Below, in pieces: positions 38,200 through 51,334 of a DNA stretch of 64,000 nt; positions within the stretch are counted from its first letter, which is position 1, and each line of letters begins with the position of its first letter. The stretch is from Octopus vulgaris. Its lineage: Eukaryota. A model generated the notes under the pieces. The model was given only the letters and a program-made list of their open reading frames with translations. It was not told the origin of the DNA and made no database searches. Location: assembly GCA_951406725.2 (NCBI GenBank), contig OX597818.1, positions 48,794,001 through 48,858,000 of the forward strand, given 5' to 3'. Position numbers and translations under genes: made by a program.

Positions 38200-39100
38200 A
38201 ATGGTGTTTGTGTTTGTAGACTGAAAATGTGATGCTGTTCCAGGTGGAGTTGAGAGTGTGGATCTGTGATGCAGGGCAAGGCTGAAGATGGAGATATATG
38301 AGGTGGAGTGGTTGGCCAAGCAGAACTGACAGGCGATTGGGGTGTTCAAACGTAGGTGAATGTCTCGTAGATGTTTGGTGTAGAGTTTGTTGCAGAGATT
38401 ACATCTAATGCAATAGATAAGGCTGGAAGACGTGCAGGGGAAGGAGTTTCTAATGTGGAGGGTGTGCTGGTTGGATCCAGTGAGGTAGGGTGGTGTTGGT
38501 GATGAAAGGACAGGTATGGCAGCAGGATCTAGAGCAAGGGAAGGATCCGGATTGGGTTGGGATGGAAGAGGGGAAGGTGCTATGAACCAGTAGATCGCGT
38601 AGGTTATGGGTTAAAGGTGTGCAAGGGTAGGATAGGGAAAATGGAGCGGGTGGTGGGATCTAGCTGGAAATGACAGAAGGCTCGTAGGATCCTCCAATGA
38701 AGGAGTAGGGTGGAGGGGAAAGGAGAGAGGTTGGTGGTGCAATCGATTAGATGAGCATGAGTAAGGGCAGTTTGGACAAGGGTGGATAGGTATACTTGAT
38801 GCATGAACAGGTGGGCAAGGTACTGGGACTAGGTCTTGAAATCCTAGTTCCAGCTGTACAAGCGTCAGAGGAGGAGGAACTGAGAGTAGGGGATGGCCCA
38901 TTTGGTGTGGGAGGGATGGGAAGAAGAAAAGTTGAGGTAGAGGTGGAAGTCCATGGGTTTGAAGAAAGAGGTGGTGAGAGATATCTAGAAAGTTTACAGA
39001 GGTATCAGAGATGGTAGAGGTAAATTGGAGAGTTGTTCGTGGGAGAGAGCGGTGGCACCTATACAGTCGTCTATGTAGCAGCTGTATAGTTCTAGGGTAA
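38200..39100 (-). mobile_element. Penelope-like element (RT + GIY-YIG) degenerate remnant
   Basis: Minus strand CYIDDCIGATAL..FTSTISDTSVNFLDIS (RT catalytic YIDD, 39063-39080) and PCTSSSLIYCIRCNLCNKLY..HLRDI..TPIA..F..NHS (GIY-YIG with Cys motif). Confidence 0.8.
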
Positions 39101-39586
39101 ATCCAGCTGCTTCCTCTTGAAGCACATCTGCTTATTCCATTATTACAATCAAACGATGATGAATATGTATCCATAATTACTGTTGTGTGTTAATCGAAGT
39201 GCATATTAAAATTGAGAATTATGGAAATATTATTTGCAGATTATTGCACACCAAAACAGGAAAATAGAAATTTTTCGGTATTATTTATTCTCCTTACATG
39301 CCTATATAATATGTAAATCTTTGTAGTTCCTATTAGCAAATGAAACACATGTAATGGAAAATAAATAATACCAAAAAATTTTCATTTTCCTGTTTTGTTA
39401 TGTGTGTGTATGTTATATGTATGTTATGTTTGTGTTTATATATATGTGTGTGTGTGTGTATGTATGTATGTAAGTGTAAATGAAGCACTTTTTGGAAACA
39501 TTTAAGGCATTTCTGTTTTATTCTCACTGAGCATAAATCTGAAATGATTGAAAGATTAACAAGCAATTGCTTACTTTCTATTGCAG

Positions 39587-39649
39587 GGTGCATCTGAAAA
39601 AGACATTGTTCACTCAGGCCTTGAATATACCATGGAAAGGTCAGCTAGA
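39587..39649 (+). CDS. GLUD1: Glutamate dehydrogenase exon (pivot helix)
   Basis: ttgcag acceptor; [21 protein letters not shown]; |gtgagt. Confidence 0.96.
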
Positions 39650-39885
39650 GTGAGTAATCCTTCAATTATTTTAATACACTGTAAATTATAAAGTATTAGG
39701 TTATCAAATAACACTTGTAAATTTATTTCTCATTTTGATCATTTTTCTACCTTGACATAACTTAACTGCTTGTGTTTTCCCTGAACATATTTCTATGATT
39801 GATTAGGGTAGGCTGTTAAGGCATTAATTTAATGGTTTAGTGTATTTGTCAATATTGAATATTGTCAATTAATCATAGCATTTTC

Positions 39886-40277
39886 TCAAAAACAGTCTTC
39901 AACTCTGAGCAACTTTTCAAACTCCATCTGTCTAACACCCATGGACATGTTTACAAAGTCAAAAAACAGCACAGCTCCCATGACTTTCAGAAACATTTTT
40001 TTCACACTAAGAGTTGCTGAAGCATGGAACAAACTGCCAGCATCAGTTGTTAGTTGTCGGAGCACTGCATCCTTCAAAACTTCCATGCTTCCTGAGATTC
40101 GCCAACACTACACCTGATTTTCCCCCCTCCATACACATGCAAGCGTGTATCTGACTCATACACTGTTCACTTCCCAGACATTTGTACATTACTGCATATT
40201 CTTTATATGCACTTTTTGACAAGTTGTGGTGCACCTGAGCACTGTATACAATAATTTCATTATTATTATTATTATTA
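39886..40277 (+). mobile_element. CR1-type LINE 3' end with (TTA)n tail
   Basis: GHVYKVKKQHSSHDFQKHFFTLRVAEAWNKLPASVV..SFK; same 3' end at about 51841-51946 on minus strand. Confidence 0.75.
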
Positions 40278-40320
40278 TTTTAAGGTTATTTAAAACAAGT
40301 ATTTTCTTTTTTTTCGTTTT

Positions 40321-40860
40321 GTAGTAGTCTTCTTTCTTTAGACGCCACATCCAGAATGTTGGACAAGGTGATCATGTCCTGTCACAACTCTCTGTTCTTT
40401 GTTTTCTGTAACAGTTCCACCTTCTGATATTTAATGCCTCTTTCTTCCAGCCTGTTCATCAAGCTTCGTATCTATATCATCCTTCTCCTTCCTCTGATTT
40501 TTTTCCCTTCAATCTTTCTGTCCATTGCTAAATTCTCCAGGCCCTCTTTCCTCATCACATGATCAAGAAATCTCAGTTGCTTGGCCCTTATCTCATGAAG
40601 CAGTTTCCTCTATATTGCAGTCCAGGTCATCACTTTTTCATTAGACATTTTGTCCATGCTATCCTCAATATTCTCCTTAAGAACCACATTTCACAGCTCT
40701 ACCCCTTCGATTCTGATGTTATAGACCATGCCTCACTTCCATACATTAACATAGGGTAGACATAGCAGTACAATGTACAGATCTTGGTCTTGAATTTCAA
40801 GAGTATGATTTCTCAAGATGTTATATAATTTTGAAAATGCAGATTTTTCTTGTACTATTC
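40321..40860 (-). mobile_element. Degenerate RTE-type LINE 3' fragment
   Basis: Minus strand YGSEAWS motif (about 40725-40745) followed by typical RTE C-terminal region. Confidence 0.6.
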
Positions 40861-41124
40861 TTTTGCATCTAAGAGTAAAAACTCAAAATAAAACAAAAGT
40901 GGTTAGAAAACAAGTTTGTGTGATTTTTAAATGTCTTTAATGATTACAGTTTCAACTTATGATCTGTCAAATAGTGTAAGTCTCAAATACCTAAGGTTAT
41001 TTTATAGTCTTGTCCAGTACACTCTGTTGTACAATATGCCATTATTGGTAAACTCTGCCAATATTGAACTTTCATTTACTATGGTTAGTATCTTGTTTCC
41101 TAGTTAAGTTGATACTGCCTAGAA

Positions 41125-41343
41125 CAGTGGTTTTCAACCAGGGTTCCGCGGAACCTTAGGGTTCCGTCAGTACAGTCTAGGGGTTCCGCAAGAAGTTACA
41201 AAACTGCTAAAATTGGCAGTAATTTTAAATTCTCCTGTGCAGATATGTGTGCATAAGACTATTAAATTATTGCACAGGGGTTCCTCGAGCCAGTGGAATG
41301 TTTCCTTGGGGTTCCGCTCCAGCAAAAAGTTTGAAAAGCACTG
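41125..41343. mobile_element. hAT (Charlie-like) MITE
   Basis: TIRs cagtggttttcaa / ttgaaaagcactg, subterminal ggttcc repeats, 8-bp TSD-like gcctagaa/ccctagat. Confidence 0.75.
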
Positions 41344-41545
41344 CCCTAGATGAAAGACACAAGACGGAAGGTGTTTTACCAAAGAACACAAAATAGTTGT
41401 TACAGCCTTAATAAAACAACTGATGCAATTTTACACAGAATTTCATTTACTTATTTGTATTCAAACATAATTTTTTTTTCTATTTTTATTTTTTATCATG
41501 TAATTGTTTTTTGCTTATTTTTGCATATATTTGTTTGCATTTCAG

Positions 41546-41665
41546 AATATCATGAGGACTGCCATGAAGTACAATCTTGGCTTAGACTTACGGACAGCAG
41601 CTTACATAACTTCAGTAGAGAAAATCTTCAGAGTATACGAAGATGCTGGATTGACATTTTTATGA
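41546..41665 (+). CDS. GLUD1: Glutamate dehydrogenase last coding exon
   Basis: tttcag acceptor; [42 protein letters not shown]. Confidence 0.96.
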   Translation, partial: NIMRTAMKYNLGLDLRTAAYITSVEKIFRVYEDAGLTFL

Positions 41666-43290
41666 ATTTTTAAATTATTCAACATTAGGGGTCTAAAAAA
41701 GAGAAGCAAAAAAAATTACTTAGAAATATTTGAGAAAAGGTATAGTGTTTTATACTCTGATATTACATACGACAAAAGCAATATTTCTGTATAAGTTAGA
41801 TAATTAATCTTGTGTAATTATTTGTAACAATTTAAGTTCATATTTGATAGACCTTTCAACCAGTAAACCCTTTATTTGTAGTTGCCATTGTGTAGTTTTT
41901 TTTCACAGTTGATAATCCAATCCAAGCAATAAAACTGGCTTTTTATTTTGTTTTCCTTTGCAGTTGATCTTCAGTCCTATTAACATACAAAAGTTGCAGA
42001 CACGTCTGCTTAGTGGGGTTCTTTCTTATCTTCTTTCTTTCTTATCTTAATCTTTTATTTTACTTTACTTAATGAGAGTATTTTTAAAAAATATTTTTTT
42101 ATTTTCCACACATACCAACCATCTTTCAAATCACTGTCTGTCACACCACTGTCTATTAACATTGCAACATGTTAATTCTCATTGTTAATTTAAATTGTAA
42201 CCTTTGGGCAGGTATTAATCTTCTGTCTTTGTCCTGAATTTCCATTATTTTTTTTTTTTCTAAGAGTGAATTAACTCTGAACAGTACAAACCATATCAAA
42301 AGAAATCCATATTTCTTTTTGTAATACTCTCATTCTCAGAAGTACAATTAATGTGGTGCATCTATACAAACATTTCAGTTGGTCTTTGAATAGATTCACC
42401 ATTTTAACATTTATTTGCCTTTAGTTTGAAAATTCCTGTGCAACGTGTGCTATGGAATTTTGGAACTTAATGAAATTAAAATTGGTTTATTTGCATCAGG
42501 TTTCTATGAAAATCTGTAACTCTGTTCAGATATTTTATATTTTCTAAATCTTAAGCACTTAAATTTTTCTTTTTCTCTCTTTTTTTTTTTAAATATTTCT
42601 CTCTTATTTTTTAAATATTTAATTTTTGCAAAGACATCTTAGAACTGGGTGCTTTATTGGATCAGATGAATATTTTCGTAGCTCAATTAATTTTTACATA
42701 TGAAAAACAATCATGTTTTAGGAAATTTGAAACAGCACCTTGTTATTGTGATACTGATGAAATGAATAAAATCACCAGTGTCTTTTCACTGGTTTAATTA
42801 ATTTGTTTACTATTGAGTTAATAAAACTGGTATTGATTACTAATTTTAATCCTAAGAAATATGCTTTTTGTAGGGATTGGAAACAACAATTTTTTATTAT
42901 TTTTTTTTTTTTTTTTTGTTATCCATAACTGTTAGAGTATTCCATCAAGATTTTGACCAAACGTAGTTCAAGTTTTTATTTTTATTATTTTTTTTTTCAT
43001 TCCACTTGTTTTTATCACAGCCGAAATAGCTTTTTTTTATGTAATTTTTGGAAGTTTTCAATCTCTGTTGATTATTAAATGATCAAAATATTTTGATGTA
43101 ATTGTATTAACTTATGAATGTAATGTTGAAAGATAATTACTGAGTATATGCACACTTTCTTTAACAATCTTTATTTGATTATGGGGGGTGGGGTTTCAGG
43201 GGGCACTGCAGAGAAGGGTGTTGCTGCAAAATTACAGTTCAATCATCTCTGATATACTATTTATCAAAAATAAAACAATATTAGTAAAAT
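41666..43290 (+). promoter_or_regulatory. Probable 3' UTR with candidate polyadenylation signals
   Basis: T-rich, TE-free stretch after the stop codon; AATAAA at 41928, 42765, 42820 and 43269; the site actually used cannot be determined from sequence. Confidence 0.5.
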
Positions 43291-43524
43291 GTTGTTTGTG
43301 TCTTTATGTATATTGAATGGGAATATTTTGCCTTTAAATTTCAGCAATGAGCTGGTAAAATGCTTAGCGGCATTTTTTCTGGCTCTTTATGTTCTGAGGT
43401 CAGATCCTGCCATGGTCAGCATTGCAATTCATCCTTTTGGATTTGATAAAATAAATTACCAGTCAGTGTAATTAACTAAACTCCTTCCCTTGAAATTCTT
43501 GACCTTGAGCAAAAATTAAGAAGA

Positions 43525-44411
43525 CCTGTTGAGGCAAGTGAAATCAAAATCCAAATCAAATTCGATGACTGGCATCCGTGCTAGCTGGGTGCAAAGAGCA
43601 CCATACGAGTGTGATCATTGTCAGAGTGGCTAACCGGCTCCCATGCCAGTGGCACATAAAAGGCACCATTTGAGTATGATCGTTACCGGCATCGCCTTAC
43701 TGGCACTTGGGCCCGTGCTAGTAGAGTGTTAAGAGCACCATCCGAGCGTGATCATTGCCAGAGCGGCTAACTGGCTTCTGTGTCGGTGGCATGTAAAAGG
43801 CACCATTCGAGCGTGATCGTTACCAGCGTCGCCTTACTGGCACCAGTGCTTGTGGCATGTGTAAAAAGATTTGAGCAAGATCATTGCCAGTACTGCCTGA
43901 CTGGCCCCCGTGCCAGTGGCACATAAAAGCACCCACTACACTCTCAGAGTAGTTGGCGTTAGGAAGGGCATCCAGCTGTAGAAACTCTGCCAGATCAAGA
44001 TTGGAGCCTGATGCAGCCATCTGGTTCGCCAGCCCTCAATCAAATCGTCCAACCCATGCTAGCATGGAAAGTGGGCATTAAACAATGATGATGATGATGT
44101 TGAAGGTGCATAGACTAACGGCTAGGGTATTGGTCTTATGATTATTATTTCATGTGATACCCGTGCCAGTGGCATATAAAAAGCACCACCGATTGTGGCT
44201 GTTGGCCAGCCTCCCCTGGCACCTGTGCTGGTGGCACATAAAAAGCACCCACTACATTCAACAGAGTGGTTGGTATTAGGTAGGGCATCCAGCTATAGAA
44301 GCACTGCCAGATCAGACTGGAGCCTGGTGCAGCCTCCTGGCTTCCCAGACCCCAGTTGAACCGTCCAACCGATGCTAGCATGGAAAATGGACGTTAAATG
44401 ATGATGATGAT
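43525..44411 (+). mobile_element. Two tandem SINE family A copies (43525-44099, 44158-44411)
   Basis: Consensus bodies, each with an (atg)n tail. Confidence 0.8.
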
Positions 44412-44548
44412 GGGTTCAATTCATGGAATGGGTTGTACATTGTGTCCTCAATTAAGACACATCATTTCACATTGCTCCAGTTTACTCAGCTGAAATTAGT
44501 ATCAACCAAGTGCTTGTATAGCACACTTGAAACTCCAGCTGTTACATT

Positions 44549-45440
44549 CTCATCATTATTGTTCGACCGTGGTCGAGACAATGGAATTTACCATGCTACG
44601 CCAGACTTCACGGTCCATCATGGCATTACGGAGGTCCTGTTGCTGGATGCCTGTATCCCTGGAGATTACATCAGGGTAGGAGAGTGTGCACCCTCTGGTA
44701 TTGCGAGTAGATGGCTTCCAGAGGAGAAGAGTAGAAATTACTTCTTTTTCAGCTCTACAACAATGTCCAGCAAACTGGACTCTTCTACCTTTCACAAGAG
44801 ATGATACAGGTGGTAGTTTCCCATGTATTTGCATTTTGGTTGGATGGTGCTTCCACGAGAGATTTTGAGCTCTCATAAGGAGGCGAGTGTAGGTTCCATC
44901 CAACCGCCTCTCAAGCTTCTTTGATAATGTCCAGGTTTCTGAGCCATATAATAGAATTGGTTCGACTGTGGCTTTGAAGATTTCAAGTTTGAAGTCTCTA
45001 CTTAGATTTGATGACCAGATCTTATGCATGTCATTACAGGCTGACCAGGCCATACCCTTTCTAGTTAGAAAGTCTTTTCCAGATGATGATATGTATGACC
45101 CAAGATATTTATAATCAGAAACCATATTTAAGGACGCATTGTTGAGAGTATGGATGATGCAATCACTGTTGGACAGGCACTTGTTTATGTATTCAGTTTT
45201 GGCCTCATTGAGGTAAAGACCTACACAATTTGAGGCTTGTTCAAGAGATTGTAAAAGAGACTGGGCATTGGAGAGAGAATCACTGATAAGAGCGATGTCG
45301 TCAGCAAAGTCAGTGTCTATCAAGTACTCAGCTGGGTGTCTGGAACTTCTTCTTGGTTTTATTTGAAAGCCCTTGCCAGAGATGGTATCAACTGACATAC
45401 GTAGCACATAATCAACAACAATGATTATGTTGTTACATTC
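44549..45440 (-). mobile_element. RTE-type LINE, 5'-truncated, with open RT C-terminal frame
   Basis: ORF 44556-45503: DTDFADDIALIS..GLYLNEAKTEY..YKYLGS..PILLYGSETWTL..WRSMV; short taatgatga tail. Confidence 0.88.
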
Positions 45441-46904
45441 TAGATGTTCCCCTGGATCATAGGGGATAGAGCCAAGAGGGTATCGATGTCTGCTCACAAC
45501 CACATAAGCACCTAAGACAATTTACAAGGCATGAAAGCTAAGTCATTTTCAGTTCAAAGTGACAGCTGTAGTAAAACAGCTAATTTTAATTTATCATTAA
45601 ATTCTTGTCTCTAAATTATTTAACAGTGAAAAATAGATTTTATTAAAAATTTGAATTGAATGGCAAATGTGAAAATTTATTGACAATCTTTTTTAACTGG
45701 AACAAAGTCCTAAAGAGAGACACAACACACCAACTGTTACATATGGTGGAAAAATAAAAGAAACCTGTTATATAGGGTGCTCTTACTTTTCCTCTGTGTG
45801 GTTCAGAAGTTCACATCACAGCTGTGAGTTTTCAGGTTCTATTCCAAGGTGGAGCATCTTGGGCAAGTGTCTTCATTTATAACCCCAGGTCAGCCAATGA
45901 TTTGTAAGTGAATTTGGTTGACAGAAACTGTGTGGAAGCCTGTCATATATGTATCATCATTGTTTCAGCATCCATTTTTCCATCCTAGCATGGATTGGAT
46001 AGAATTCATTGAGGCAGATTTTTCATGGATGGATGCCTTTCTTTTTACTAACTATAGCATAATGTCAGGGAGTGTCTTGCTCAAGACCACAATGCTGTGC
46101 TTGGCACACAAATCAAAATCACCACATGCACACACACACACACACACATAAAGGAGGTAGTCAGAATTTTGGATAATCATTTATTTAGCACTTTCATCTC
46201 ATTTCAGAGATTCATTAGGATTGATATTTTTAGAGAAACTACACCTTTTATATATATGCAGGTTAGTTGAAAAAATTATGGTGTTGAATTGGGAAGAGAA
46301 TGTTCTTTGTTATTTTGAGTCTATACAGAGAGATGAGGACAGCAGGAAAAGTTGTAACATCATCTGTTGGATTTAAACATTGTATCTGCTGCAAACTTTA
46401 GAACTGTACAAGCCACTACATCAACAACAACAACCTTTGACTGCCTAAATTAACACACTTAAATTAAGTAGCCACAATAACATATTAGTGACCAGTCTAT
46501 GAGGATCTCAGTCCACACAGTATTCAAGGTATAATATTGATGAAAAAAACCCCTGATATACTAAGTATCAAACTTTAAGAACCAATAAGTACTGAAGTCA
46601 ATTTGGACTCATGGTAGTATCCCTGTTTGGTTGCAGTCCAATGATTGAAATTATTGTAATGACTTTCATCATAGAGGAAATACTTCTATTGCTAATTGTT
46701 GGTGTTTTTGTTATAATTCAATATATTGGTATCCCAACTACAAATTTGTAGCTGTATAGGCTTAGGTGTGGCTGCATGACAATAAGTTTGCTTCCCAACC
46801 TCATAGTTTCAGGTTCAATACCACTCCATGGCACCTTAGGTGAATGTCTTGTATAACCCTGGGCTGACCAAAACCTTTGGTCGACAGAAACTGAAAGAAG
46901 TTAA

Positions 46905-47307
46905 GACAATGAGCTTGCAGAAATGTTAGCATGCCGGATGAAATGCTTAGCGGTATTTTGAGTTCAAATTCCACTGAGGTTGATTTTGCCTTTCATCCTT
47001 TCAGGGTCGATAAATTAAGTACCAATTACGCACTGGGGTCAATATAATCGACTTAATCCGTTTGTCTGTCCTTGTTTGTCTCTTCGGTGTTTAGCTCCTT
47101 GTGGGTAGTAAAGAAATAGGTATTATTTCGTCTGTCATTACGTTCTGAGTTCAAATTCCGCTGCAGTCGACTTTGCCTTTCATCCTTTCAGGGTCGGTAA
47201 ATTAAGTACCAGTTACACACTGGGGTCGATGTAATTGACTTAATCCCTTTGTCTTTCCTTGTTTGTCCCCTCTATGTTTAGCCCATTGTGGGCAATAAAG
47301 AGATAAG
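46905..47307 (+). mobile_element. SINE family C, internally duplicated, nested in a family B relic
   Basis: Two tandem bodies; agaaactgaaagaag on both sides (46886-46900 and 47306-47320) looks like a TSD. Confidence 0.7.
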
Positions 47308-47639
47308 AAACTGAAAGAAGTCTGTTGTATGTATTTATATATGTGTATATGTATGAATGTGTATTTGTGTCATCTCCTTGTCATGACATGATATGATAGT
47401 TGTAAACAAGTGTCAGTAATGCAAATGATGTCCTTCATTTCCAGTCTTCTGTGAAATGAGCCTGGTGTTTGGGGAAATATTACCTTACTGGAAACAGGTG
47501 AGGGTTGGTGATAGGAAGGACATTTGGTCATAGAAAATCTTCAACAAATTCCACACAACTTATGTGAGTAAGGAAAAGTGGACATTAAATGATGGTGGCA
47601 TTATGTCAAAGTACCCATGCCGGCACCACATAAACATGC

Positions 47640-48023
47640 CATTGCTGTTGCTGTTGAGCGAACGGTTTTCATCCCAGAACTTGCAAGATGGGAGAAGTCC
47701 GAAACGTGGTCCTTTGCTATTTGTAAGACCCGCAGAAGAGGAAGCAGGTCAACCCCTGACACCGAGAGCATCGACGGATGGATGAATGCGCATCCAGGCT
47801 CAGCAGTTGCGTAGGAAGTTGGGGACAAGAAACAGGAAGAAAGAGTGAGAGAAAGTTGTAGTGAAAGAGTACAACAGGGGTTGCCACCACCCCCTGCTGG
47901 AGCCTCGAGGAGCTTTAGGTGTTTTCGCTCAATAAACACACACAACGCCCAGTCTGGGAATCGAAACTGTGATCCTCCAACTGCGAGTCCACTGCCCTAA
48001 CCATTGGGCCATTGCGCCTCCAC
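47640..48023 (-). mobile_element. tRNA(Arg)-derived SINE family D
   Basis: Head as in 6135-6451 copy, different 3' part. Confidence 0.7.
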
Positions 48024-48432
48024 TTGCCACTGCAGTGTAAAAGTACCCAGCACACTCTAAAACAGCTGGTGTTAGAAAGGGTGCCCAGCTGTAGAAACCA
48101 GGCCAAAAGAGACATGGAGCCTGGCCAGCTTCTGTCAAACTGTCCAACCCATGCTAGCATTGAGAACAGGCATTAAATGATGATATGATTGATTAAAATT
48201 GACTGAAGTACAGGTCTCTTGATTATAAGTGTATAAGCTTAATTCTAAGTGCATTGTATCCTTGGGTAAGGCACTTTTCGTTTCCTGTTAAGCAAAGTGC
48301 TATTGCAGTCATGGCCAAGGCCAGTGTCCTGTAACTGGCACATAAAAAGCAGCCTTCGAATATTGGATGATATGCTGTGATTGAGAAGACCCATCAAGAC
48401 AAGTGAAATTGTAGTCGAGGCTGATGCCAGTA

Positions 48433-48840
48433 TCTATTTCTTTACTACCCACAAGGGGCTAAACATAGAGGACAAACAAGGACAGAAAAATGGATTAAGT
48501 CGATTACATCGACCTCAGTACACAACTGGTACTTAATTTATCGATCTCGAAAGGATGAAAGGCAAAGTCAACCTCGGCGGAATTTGAACTGAGAACGTAA
48601 AGACAGATGAAATACCTATTTCTTTACTACCCACAAGGGGCTAAACACAGAGAGGACAGACAAACAGATTAAGTCGATTACATCGACCCCAGTGCGCAAC
48701 TGGTACTTAATTTATTGACCCCCAAAAGGATGAAAGGCAAAGTCGACCTCGGCAGAATTTGAACTCAGAACATAACGGCAGACGAAATATGGCTACGCAC
48801 TTCACCCAGCGTGCTAACATTTCTGCCAGCTCGCCGCCTT
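48433..48840 (-). mobile_element. SINE family C duplicated, nested in SINE A
   Basis: TSD ctgatgccagtat at 48421-48433 and 48841-48853. Confidence 0.78.
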
Positions 48841-49663
48841 CTGATGCCAGTATTGCATACGTGGAACCTGTGCCCATGGCACATAAAATGCACCCTTTGA
48901 ACTTCTTTGGGCCTCATAGAAGCAGTGACAAGTGACTGAGACATTTGTCAATGTACCATGTGAGAGAAGACCTGTCAAACCAAGTGAGATTATAGTCATG
49001 GCATGCATGAGGCACCCACTACACTCTTGCAGTGGTTGGTGTTAGGAAAGGCATCCAGCTCTAGAAACCATGCCAAATCAGATTGAAACCTGGTGCAGCT
49101 TGCCAGTTTTCAGTCAAACCGTCCAACTCATGCCAGCATAGAAAATGGACATTAAATGATGATGATGATTATGAATGTATAACAGCATAAATTATTGTCT
49201 GATGTCATCGCATTTCCACTACTTCACTATCTTTACGCCTTGAGCATTTAAACCAGCCATATAAGGCCCAAAGATCCTACCTGTTTTATGTTCAAACTGG
49301 CCAGATCCAGTCACACCTGCCCTTCAATGTCATTGTAAAAATTAACAAACATATCAATATCTCAAAGCGATGAGCTAATGCACGATTAATTTTTTTTTTA
49401 ATGTAAATAAATAGATCTTACATTTGATAATCTGAATGCTAAATAGGTTAATTCAATAAATGTTAATATTTAAGATGAACAGGTGTTCTGCATATTTAAT
49501 TAGTTTAAATTTTAGTTTTTACAATTTTGTTATTGCCTCCTGGCTTTACAGCAAAATCTTGTTTTTATTTGTTGTTGTAGTGACAGTATATCTAGCAGAC
49601 ACATATCTGTTAGAGTTCATTGATCCATAAGAAATAATTTAAATATATATCCAGCATGTTTAA

Positions 49664-50111
49664 CCCTTTTGTTCTGGCTCTGAGTACAAATGTCTTGTTT
49701 TCATAAGTTTTGAATTAAAATCTTCCATCAAATCTTAGTCACAATTTATGTGCCTAACACTAGTTGAATGATAACTAAGTTATTTTACTAAATTCTTTAC
49801 TATATTTAAAATTCATTGAAAGAAACACAGAGCATCTCAACAGAAATATGGTCAAAAAAGGGTTAAAATATATAATAGAGAAACAATTCTTAACCCTTTC
49901 GTTATCAACCCAGCTGAAACCGGCTCTGACTCCGTAGTACAAAGGTCTTGTTTTTATAAGTTTTGAATTAAAATCTTCCACCAAACCTTAGTCACAATTT
50001 ATGTTCCTAACATTAGCTTAATAACTAAGTTATTGTACTAAATTTTTTGTTATATTTAAAGTAATTGAAAGAATTACAGAGCATCTCAAAATAAATACAA
50101 TAACGGAAGGG
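49664..50111 (-). mobile_element. Two adjacent piggyBac-type MITEs (49664-49862, 49894-50111)
   Basis: TTAA-ccctt..aaggg-TTAA termini; reverse complement of the 33421 element. Confidence 0.75.
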
Positions 50112-50253
50112 TTCAAATGTACAACACTGCATTTCACTCTTTGGAGATGACAGCCAATCTATCAGCCAAAAAGTCGAATGATGAAGATTGCATTCTTTCA
50201 ATCAATTTCCTGCAAGAATATATATATAGTTTTGTATATGTAAAGTAATTACT

Positions 50254-50566
50254 CTTGCTCTTTTACTTGTTTCAGTCATTTGACTGTGGCCATGCTGGAG
50301 CACCGCTTTTAGTCAAGCAGATTGACCCCAGGACTTATTCTTTGTAAGCTTAGTACTTATTCTATCGGTCTCTTTTTGCCAAACCACTAAGTTACGGGGA
50401 CGTAAATACACCAGCATCGGTTGTCAAGTGATGTTGGGGGGACAAACACAGACACACAAACACACACACATATATACGATGGGCTTCTTTCAGTTTCCGT
50501 CTACCAAATCCACTCACAAGGCTTTGGTTGGCCCGAGGCTATAGTAGAAGACACTTGCCCAAGGCT
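50254..50566 (-). mobile_element. SINE family B (5'-truncated)
   Basis: Consensus match. Confidence 0.75.
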
Positions 50567-51334
50567 CCACCTTACTTTTTAGAATTTGTTTGAAAAATAA
50601 GTGCATGCCCTCTGTAGGGCTTGTGAAAAGGGCTCCATCTTCTTGGCACTGAAGCTCCATCTCCAAAGGGTTAATCATACACAGCTCAACTAGAGTCCTC
50701 ACAATCACTCAAATTGTTGGTTATCACTATTATCAAGTTCTTCAGGGTCAGAAGATACTTCAGCCTCCAGCAGTTATTAATACTCTACAAAGCTTATGTG
50801 AGGTCCACCATAGAGTATTACTCTCACATCTACAACAGCACTTTGTGAAGGTGTGGGACATAATGGCCAGAGTATTTGTTTCACAATCATAAGGTCCTGA
50901 GTTTGGTTCCCATCAATGCATTGTGTCCTTGTGCAGGACACTTTATTTCATGTGGCCCCAGTTCATTCAGCTGTCAAAAATGAGTAGTACATGTATTTCA
51001 AAGAGCCATCATCCATGTCACATTCTGTGTCATACTGAATCTCCATGAGAACTACGTTAAGGGTACATGTTAATTTCACAAGCAGGCTGTTCCGCTGATT
51101 GGATCAAGTAGAACCCTCATTGTCGTAACTGATGGAGAGCCACTTTTAGGGCACATAAGCATTATTGACTGCATTCAGAAAAAGGCAACCTGATTGATCA
51201 GTGTAAAATCAAATACAAGCGCACTGTAGCTTCTGGCCCACCAGCATGCTATCTTTTTTCTCTAACTTTTCTGACTGAAGTGTTATACTGCAGGAAGGAA
51301 GCTTCTTAACCACTCGGCTAACCTGGCATGAATG

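Noticed and set aside
42774-42793. Small hairpin accagtg-tcttt-cactggt after AATAAA as a regulatory 3' UTR element
   Set aside because: A 7-8 bp stem is expected by chance; no recognisable IRE, SECIS or histone stem-loop features
47650-47810. Hammerhead in the family D SINE 3' part (ccGAAACGTggtcc; minus-strand CTGCTGA plus hairpin)
   Set aside because: The two core halves are on opposite strands or lack their partner motif; no coherent fold
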